Origin: a virus
Virus record (IMG/VR): IMGVR_UViG_3300006924_000007
Coordinates: 1-64,000 of that record
Length of the DNA stretch: 64,000 nucleotides
Strand: one strand, 5' to 3'
In this document: positions 57,482 to 64,000 of the stretch, one piece after another
Numbering within the stretch: the first letter of the stretch is position 1
Layout: each line of letters opens with the position of its first letter
Notes under the pieces: model-generated
Told to the model about the DNA's origin: nothing
Database searches by the model: none
Seen by the model: only the letters and a program-made list of their open reading frames with translations
Made by a program: the position numbers and the translations under genes

Positions 57482-58273
57482 TTATCTGTTCCAGAAATCC
57501 ATATTGATATACTTATTTATCACAGATGAACTGAGCACTTCTGAGTAATGTTTTGAAGTCTTTTTAATACTTGGTCTGACTTCGTGCATTGTCTCAAGAC
57601 CATATACTTCCTTATCTTTTTCTCTGTCTTTTGCAACGATATTATCAAAATTATACTCATATGGTTTTAACTTCAAAAACCAGTGGATGCCTTGTAGTGC
57701 CTTTTCTGGGTCATTTACCAAATCATCATATTGCACAAAATGAATGTGTTTTGTCTGATTTTGACGAAATGCGGTTGCAAGTGCATTCATACTTTCCCAT
57801 ACAATTCCACCAGGATTCATCATAAACTCACACCGACTATCATCAGTGATAAACAATCCTTGCTTGAGCATTGCCTTATCAATAAAATTGAATCCTCCAT
57901 CCTTATGAAACAATGTAATGAAAGATGCCAATATATCTAGTGGATTACGAACAGTGCAAATAATCCTAGGATCATCTGTTACGTACTTTTTTAACATGTC
58001 AATGTGTGCTGGCCATGCACGACATTTGTCAATAATAATAGGTTCGTCTCTATTACAATAATAAGTGATAATCCCATCACGTACCATTTTACGAAATATA
58101 TCCGGTTTGGGAAATGCCTGTGCCTGCTCCCCTTTAAGTATATCGTCCGTATAATACATAACCTCAAATACAGGAGATAGTGTTCCCGCATGTATTTGAG
58201 GATTTTGGTTTAATATTGCCGTCAGAAGCGTAGATCCCGAACGTGGGAGTCCGCAATCAAAATGAAATTTCAT
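57482..58273 (-). CDS. sulfotransferase
   Basis: 5'-PSB GLPRSGSTLL; 3'-PB RNPLDILAS; YDDLV..P. Confidence 0.9.
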   Translation of the reverse strand: MKFHFDCGLPRSGSTLLTAILNQNPQIHAGTLSPVFEVMYYTDDILKGEQAQAFPKPDIFRKMVRDGIITYYCNRDEPIIIDKCRAWPAHIDMLKKYVTDDPRIICTVRNPLDILASFITLFHKDGGFNFIDKAMLKQGLFITDDSRCEFMMNPGGIVWESMNALATAFRQNQTKHIHFVQYDDLVNDPEKALQGIHWFLKLKPYEYNFDNIVAKDREKDKEVYGLETMHEVRPSIKKTSKHYSEVLSSSVINKYINMDFWNR

Positions 58274-58298
58274 AATTTTTGAAAAACCCTACAGGTCA

Positions 58299-58331
58299 AA
58301 AAATTGCCGGGATTTTTTTACGGCAATTTTT
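58299..58331. repeat. intergenic 11-bp inverted repeat
   Basis: AAAAATTGCCG-11 nt-CGGCAATTTTT. Confidence 0.8.
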
Positions 58332-58353
58332 GGAAATAAAAGTTGAATTTGGT

Positions 58354-58932
58354 TTAGGAGTTGACTGCCTCGTAAATATCCCAGAGTCTTGTTGCCTCTG
58401 CTGCATAATCGTATGCAGTCTCAAAGGTTGTAGTATCAGTTGTCGTTATAGTATCGGTTCTAGATTCTGCACCATCAGTTGTCACAATAGTTCTTGATGT
58501 TGATGTGGCAGTCTTGACCTCTACAACATTTCCGGTTCCAGAGAACGTAACCTTATCGGTCGTGGTTGTAGAAAGTCCTACTCCCGTGAACCATGCATCA
58601 TCAGTGCCAGTAGTAATTGAAGTCTGAACACCAGTGACTGTATCAGTCAGAACTTTATAGTCATTCGTAGTTCCAACAGTTGTAATATAAGTTTGAAGGT
58701 CTGCCTTACTTGCAATAGAACCAACATAACCATCAGGAGTTCCGTCAGAATCTACATCACCACATCCCATACCCAAATAAATGGTGTCTTGTGGAGCACC
58801 AAAACGAGGAAGTTTGCCTGCCTTATTTGCACTTACGCTGTGTTGACCTTTGAATGCTCTGGAGTCCGTGCATAACCACTCAGGTTGCTTACCATGAATG
58901 GTTAATGTATATTTAATGAGAGGATATGCCAT
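58354..58932 (-). CDS. Thr-rich hypothetical protein
   Basis: 192-aa ORF in operon. Confidence 0.7.
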   Translation of the reverse strand: MAYPLIKYTLTIHGKQPEWLCTDSRAFKGQHSVSANKAGKLPRFGAPQDTIYLGMGCGDVDSDGTPDGYVGSIASKADLQTYITTVGTTNDYKVLTDTVTGVQTSITTGTDDAWFTGVGLSTTTTDKVTFSGTGNVVEVKTATSTSRTIVTTDGAESRTDTITTTDTTTFETAYDYAAEATRLWDIYEAVNS

Positions 58933-58937
58933 TGTTG

Positions 58938-59660
58938 TTAATTGTTCCTAGAGTATTTACCATTGAAGAGATGTGAACCAAAGTGTCCGGTCTCCACCCA
59001 AGGAGCACACCAGACTTTGCCACCAATCTGCCTATAAGAATGACAGAAGAAATAATCTTCCGATAACAAATGATTTGTATCTTTATTTATCTCAACACGG
59101 AAGTAGTCTTTGATTTCTACTCCGTCTGGTAATGATCTCCCACCATTAGTATATATCGGAGTTTGTGGTTCTAGTGCCTGCAAACAATCACGACGGATCA
59201 TCATGAATGCATTGCCACCATGTTCAATCTCAAATGGAGTTTCTTCATTCTCCATCTCAATACCAGGAAGTGTATTGATATTAAAGACTCCACCAGTGCG
59301 TCCAATATCATCATCACCGGCAAGTGCTGCCTGACGAATCTCTTCCCAGTTATATCCTTTCAGTGCAACAGGTCCAATGATTAGTTCCTTATCTGCCTGA
59401 ATCATCTTTACAATATCCTCAACACGGAATTTAATATCCGCATCAATGAATAGAAGATGAGTTGCATCAGGTAGATTCATAAAGTGGTGAGCAATAGTAT
59501 TACGCCCACGCTGAATCAATGACTCATTACCAAGAAAGATGGTAGTGAGTTTGACACCAGATTTATTGCAAGACTCAGAGAGTTTAAGTAATGAATCTGT
59601 ATATTCACTTGTACACATACCCCCGTACATGGGGGTTCCAATCACAAGATGCAAATCCAT
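58938..59660 (-). CDS. GT-A fold glycosyltransferase-like protein
   Basis: TPMYGG, ESLI.RGRN, LLFIDAD (DxD), LSEDY.FC, H.G. Confidence 0.85.
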   Translation of the reverse strand: MDLHLVIGTPMYGGMCTSEYTDSLLKLSESCNKSGVKLTTIFLGNESLIQRGRNTIAHHFMNLPDATHLLFIDADIKFRVEDIVKMIQADKELIIGPVALKGYNWEEIRQAALAGDDDIGRTGGVFNINTLPGIEMENEETPFEIEHGGNAFMMIRRDCLQALEPQTPIYTNGGRSLPDGVEIKDYFRVEINKDTNHLLSEDYFFCHSYRQIGGKVWCAPWVETGHFGSHLFNGKYSRNN

Positions 59661-59661
59661 A

Positions 59662-60591
59662 TCACTCTTCTACAGATGCTTTCAGTTTAGCATACTCTTC
59701 ATCTACTTTAGATTCTGGAAGAACAGCATAGTTTGGTATTGCAAGAGACTTCTCATCAAGAATCTTAAATCCACGACTTTCTGCAAAGCGTTCTGAACAA
59801 TTCTCAAACTTATCTGCACACTTTTCAAGCCACTCAACAGTCATCTCATGTGAAGGTGCCTGACCATTTGCAATCAGTTCGTTCTCCATCTTCAGATAGT
59901 TGAAGACTTCTGCTTGTGCATGTGAAACATTGACACCAATATCAAACAGATAGATAGAGTTTCCTTCATCAATCACACCACCACGAGGACGGGCAGAGTT
60001 CAATGCTTGCTTCAGGCAGGTCATTACATGATAACGCTTCTCTTCACGCTCATAATCTTCTTCTGTAATATGGTCTTTGCCAATGTGATCTAGAACAGAA
60101 CGATACTGAGTCATCAGGAAGGACATCTTACGGATGGCACCCTTCATTGAGTTCTCAATGTTCATGTTGTTATTCATGAGTTCGATCATCTCAATCTCAA
60201 GTTCTTCACGATCTAAATCATCCTTTTCAGCATCAATCTCACGTTGCTTCTTACGGATTTTAATGTCATTCTTACGGCGATTGATTTGTGCCTCTGCAAG
60301 GGCACTCTTTGTTCTTTCAATCGCGGCAAGAGTATGCTTGATGCTACGGATAGGTGTCAGGTCAGTGATGTCCAAAGTCACAGTCATCATCTGTGAGTGT
60401 GACTTGTAGAAGTTGTCACAAGCAAGTTTAGTTGCAGGTAATGTTTCCTCAATATGAGTCAACATTCCTGTGTATTCTTGCGGCAGAGGACCAGTTGCAA
60501 GTTGTGCAAGGTCACTCTTGAGCGTTGTGACAGAAATCTCTGAACCAGGTGTAATATCTACCGAAGTAATAGCAGAACTTTCTTCATTCAT
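59662..60591 (-). CDS. hypothetical coiled-coil protein
   Basis: 309-aa helical ORF; late-promoter-like ATAAATA upstream (~60622-60629). Confidence 0.75.
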   Translation of the reverse strand: MNEESSAITSVDITPGSEISVTTLKSDLAQLATGPLPQEYTGMLTHIEETLPATKLACDNFYKSHSQMMTVTLDITDLTPIRSIKHTLAAIERTKSALAEAQINRRKNDIKIRKKQREIDAEKDDLDREELEIEMIELMNNNMNIENSMKGAIRKMSFLMTQYRSVLDHIGKDHITEEDYEREEKRYHVMTCLKQALNSARPRGGVIDEGNSIYLFDIGVNVSHAQAEVFNYLKMENELIANGQAPSHEMTVEWLEKCADKFENCSERFAESRGFKILDEKSLAIPNYAVLPESKVDEEYAKLKASVEE

Positions 60592-60650
60592 ATCAGTTCA
60601 ATCTATAGTGTAATAACTACCATATTTATTATACTATAAGAAGTCGGTTT

Positions 60651-61688
60651 TTACAACCCTCCGTGAGCGTTGGAGCAAGCAGCAATATTGTTTCTTGCAA
60701 CTGTTAAATCACCAAAGTCAACAGCATCTCCTTGTGTTGAAATAGTTACATAATCAATGATATTAGAATATCCAGGATCACTTCCTCCACCATTAACGCC
60801 TCTTGTTGGTGATGAGCATCCAGCACTGGTATCCTTAACCGTAGTTAAATCACCAAAGTTTGTTGAATTTCCTGTGGTTGCAATTGTAATATATTCTATC
60901 GTATTTACAGCGGCTGGTTGACTTCCACCAAAGAATAATCCCCTAGTTGAATTGGAAGCACCAGTTCCCATTGCGGCTCTATTTGCAGACAAATCTCCAA
61001 AATTTTGTGCAGATCCAAGTGTCGGTATTGTTATAAATTGAATTAAACTTTGAATTCCTGGATTTTGACCACCGGCAAAAACACCACGAACAGGAGATGC
61101 TACAGAACTGTGGTATTTTGATGCACCAATTAGATTGCCAAAGTCTTTTGATCCTCCTTTTGATGCAATCGTAATATAATTAATTGTATCAATACCACCA
61201 GTCAAAGGTGAATTACCATCTCCACCAGCAATTATACCCCTTGTTTGATTGGAAACTGTTCCTGCTCTTGCTGTTGGGTCTATTAGATCACCAAAATCTA
61301 TTGCATCTCCTGTTGAAGCAATGGTGATATAGTCAATAGTATCAAGTCTTGGTGGAGTATATCCACCCATAAAAACTGCACGAGTGTTTGATGCTAAACC
61401 ACTCAACATACCACGACCACCAGTTAAATTACCAAAGTCAGTCGCATTTCCAGTAGATGAAATATTTGCATAATCAATTATATCCAGGTATCCACCAGCA
61501 CCAGGATTAAGTCCTCCCGCCCATACACCACGGGCACCAGGTTGAGTATCAACACTTCTACCAAGGTTTGGTGTGCTTAACTGAAACTCTGCCCACTGTG
61601 AGCCATCCCAGAGTTCTGGTTTATTACTATCAGTATTAAATCGTATTGCGCCTCTTGGGATTTCACCTGATGGGGGAAGATTACTCAT
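60651..61688 (-). CDS. kelch-like repeat protein, paralog 10
   Basis: same repeats; ends SNAHGGL. Confidence 0.8.
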   Translation of the reverse strand: MSNLPPSGEIPRGAIRFNTDSNKPELWDGSQWAEFQLSTPNLGRSVDTQPGARGVWAGGLNPGAGGYLDIIDYANISSTGNATDFGNLTGGRGMLSGLASNTRAVFMGGYTPPRLDTIDYITIASTGDAIDFGDLIDPTARAGTVSNQTRGIIAGGDGNSPLTGGIDTINYITIASKGGSKDFGNLIGASKYHSSVASPVRGVFAGGQNPGIQSLIQFITIPTLGSAQNFGDLSANRAAMGTGASNSTRGLFFGGSQPAAVNTIEYITIATTGNSTNFGDLTTVKDTSAGCSSPTRGVNGGGSDPGYSNIIDYVTISTQGDAVDFGDLTVARNNIAACSNAHGGL

Positions 61689-61710
61689 ATTTTTATACCT
61701 CTATCGATAT

Positions 61711-63462
61711 TTATCCAAGACCACCATGAGCATTTGATAATCCAAATAAACCATTCTCATCGTAAACCAGATCACCAAAATCAATTGAATTTCCGGTGGT
61801 TGGGATTGCAATATATTGAATTACATTACCAGCAGAGGATGGTTGACTTCCACCAGCAAATATTCCACGAGTTGATGATGAGGCAGTGTTTCCTCTTTGG
61901 TTATGTTTGTATAAATCACCAAAATCCTGCCCATTTCCAGATGTTGATATTGTGACAAATTCAATTGTCTGTGTATTACTAGGGGTGATTCCCCCACCAA
62001 ATACGGCTCTTGTCGAATTTGAACACCCTGACAATCTAAATCTAGATTCGCTTAAATCACCAAAGTCTTTTGCATTTCCAGTTGTTGCAATGGTTACATA
62101 TACTATGCTGTTTTCAGCACCACCCGAATTTGAACCAGCGATTACCCCTCTGACAGGACTTGCTCCTCTTGCCGATGCATATAAACCTTGTATTAGATCG
62201 CCATAATCTGTGGCATCACCAGTGGTTGCAATTGTTACATAATCAATAACATTGAATGTGCTTGGAAAATATCCTCCAGCAAACACTGCACGAGTTGAAT
62301 TAGAAATACCAGCAGCTTGCTGCCTTGCTTGGGTTAAATCACCAAAATTTGTTGCATCTCCTGTTGATGTAATGGTAATATAATCTATTGTATTTGTCGC
62401 TGCGCTGGTAGATGGTGCTATGTTTCCTCCAGCAATTATACCCCTTGTTCTTGATGCACAACCATTACCATCTAAAGCACCAGACTGTCGAGTCAAATCA
62501 CCAAAATCTGTGCCATTCCCAAGGGTTGCAATAGTAATATACTCAATGGTATTAACATGAGGATCGCCACCACCAAAAACACCACGGGCACTACCATCAC
62601 TAACAGCATTGGTAGCAAAATTCGGAAATCTTTCTTCTGTCGTTCCCTTTGGTAGTGTTAACCAGTTCTGTGAGACAAATCCTGCTCCACCTTGGAATGT
62701 TGGACCAGCAGTAGGATCAACATTTCTTGTCAGTCCTGGATTGAATGTTGTAATACCAATGGGACTATCAGTTGCTGTGGGTGTTGGAGAACTTGTGCGA
62801 TCACCATGTGCTACAATGACCTTTCCTGTTTTTTCTGCAAAAATATTCTCTCCATCATACAACCCAAGGAAAACAGTTTCTGGGTGAACTTCTAGTTCTC
62901 TGGTTGGAACTGTAAAGTTTTCTGTATAAACTGCATGTCCCTTACAAATACGAATGTTGGACATATATCCTTGGAATTCATATGTGGCTGGCGCGGGTGT
63001 ATAGTCTCCAATTCCTAAAGGAGTTAGATCATTATATATTGTTCCCGATACAGTATTGGTGTATTTCTCTATACCATTTATAAAATATCTAAAAGTATTA
63101 CTACTTCTAGTAAGAGCAAAATGACTCCATTCATTTTGAAATATACTGTCTGTTCCAGTTGCATTGGCAGTAGAAATCATATCATAACTACCACCATTGC
63201 TACTCACATATAATGACAAAGAATTTGAACTCATAAAGTATGTCTGTAGCGAATATCCAGGAGTAACAAGTGTTGCATATGAACCCTGAGGTATTCCAGT
63301 TGGATAAATAAATCCTTCTATTGTAAAGTCTCCACTACCAAAACTAAAGTCATCACTATCAGCAATACTCAAATGATCCTGAACCCCATCAAAAAATACT
63401 GACCCTGTGTTCTCGGTGGATACTCCAACTGCTGCAATCTTATTGACTCTTAAATTTGCCAT
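61711..63462 (-). CDS. kelch-like repeat protein, paralog 11, with N-terminal LamG/ConA-like domain
   Basis: SVFFDG..D.L, DFTIE.F.Y, W.HFALTR, F.GYMSNIRI then six repeats. Confidence 0.8.
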   Translation of the reverse strand: MANLRVNKIAAVGVSTENTGSVFFDGVQDHLSIADSDDFSFGSGDFTIEGFIYPTGIPQGSYATLVTPGYSLQTYFMSSNSLSLYVSSNGGSYDMISTANATGTDSIFQNEWSHFALTRSSNTFRYFINGIEKYTNTVSGTIYNDLTPLGIGDYTPAPATYEFQGYMSNIRICKGHAVYTENFTVPTRELEVHPETVFLGLYDGENIFAEKTGKVIVAHGDRTSSPTPTATDSPIGITTFNPGLTRNVDPTAGPTFQGGAGFVSQNWLTLPKGTTEERFPNFATNAVSDGSARGVFGGGDPHVNTIEYITIATLGNGTDFGDLTRQSGALDGNGCASRTRGIIAGGNIAPSTSAATNTIDYITITSTGDATNFGDLTQARQQAAGISNSTRAVFAGGYFPSTFNVIDYVTIATTGDATDYGDLIQGLYASARGASPVRGVIAGSNSGGAENSIVYVTIATTGNAKDFGDLSESRFRLSGCSNSTRAVFGGGITPSNTQTIEFVTISTSGNGQDFGDLYKHNQRGNTASSSTRGIFAGGSQPSSAGNVIQYIAIPTTGNSIDFGDLVYDENGLFGLSNAHGGLG

Positions 63463-63465
63463 GAC

Positions 63466-64000
63466 TTATAATCCTCCGTGACCGTTAGAGCAGTTTCCTC
63501 TCATCATTAGACTTCTAGCAACAGTTAGATTTCCAAAATCAACAGAATTTCCTGTGGTCATAATCTGCACATATTCAATTGTATCAGTTGTAGATGGAAA
63601 TCCTCCACCACCATAACATGCACGAGTTGATGATGATGGAGATCCTCCAGAATAATGATTTGTTGCAACTGTTAGATCACCAAAATCTAATGCATTACCT
63701 AAAGTTGCAATAGTAAGATAATTTATATCTTCCGCGCCTCTTCTAAAATATAATGCCCTTACTGCATTAGATGATGCACCACCACTGTGATCTACAATTG
63801 TTAAATCACCAAAGTCTGCTGAGTTTCCAAGAGTTGAAATAGTGACAAAAGTAATTGTATTTGTATCACCTGGTGCTGTCCCTCCCATGACTAGACCACG
63901 AGTAGGACTTGCTGCTCCAGCTGGGGAACTAGTTGCTGCCGTCAAATTTCCAAAATCAATAGTATTTCCATTCGTATCTATTGTAGTATATTGAATAATA
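63466..64000 (-). CDS. kelch-like repeat protein, paralog 12 (5' part outside window)
   Basis: same repeats, open to window end; ends SNGHGGL. Confidence 0.8.
   Translation of the reverse strand, partial: IIQYTTIDTNGNTIDFGNLTAATSSPAGAASPTRGLVMGGTAPGDTNTITFVTISTLGNSADFGDLTIVDHSGGASSNAVRALYFRRGAEDINYLTIATLGNALDFGDLTVATNHYSGGSPSSSTRACYGGGGFPSTTDTIEYVQIMTTGNSVDFGNLTVARSLMMRGNCSNGHGGL

Noticed and set aside
47595-64000. Repeats as CRISPR array or diversity-generating retroelement
   Set aside because: Repeats are in-frame protein repeats; no reverse transcriptase or adenine-specific template/variable pair visible in the window.
1-64000. tRNA, rRNA, introns, inteins, homing endonucleases
   Set aside because: None recognised by eye; core genes have normal lengths.

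Overview
AT-rich segment of a T4-like marine cyanomyovirus (Kyanoviridae-type), almost all genes on the minus strand. 1-650: small genes plus a non-coding stretch with three DnaA-box 9-mers, an AT-rich tract and repeated TCTCG/CGAGA motifs (origin-like). 0.65-14.3 kb: accessory/early region of small ORFs, 2OG-Fe(II) oxygenases, cp12, an NblA-like gene, a SF2 helicase and two endonuclease+methyltransferase pairs, punctuated by seven sigma70 promoters that each carry a 22-bp palindrome at fixed spacing. 14.3-37.9 kb: tail fibre/baseplate module (split gp5, gp27-like, gp51, gp26, gp54, gp4, gp2, gp48, gp53). 37.9-45.1 kb: gp32, gp59, gp33, exonuclease, phoH, thyX, tandem glutamine (glnA) riboswitch with an ORF inside the second aptamer, glutaredoxin, and a candidate sRNA. 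45.3-64 kb: a plus-strand 2OG / radical SAM-SPASM / 2OG operon converging on a tandem array of at least 12 paralogous kelch-like six-repeat proteins, interrupted by a sulfotransferase, a glycosyltransferase and two unknown genes. All product calls come from motif recognition and synteny recalled from memory; no searches were run.
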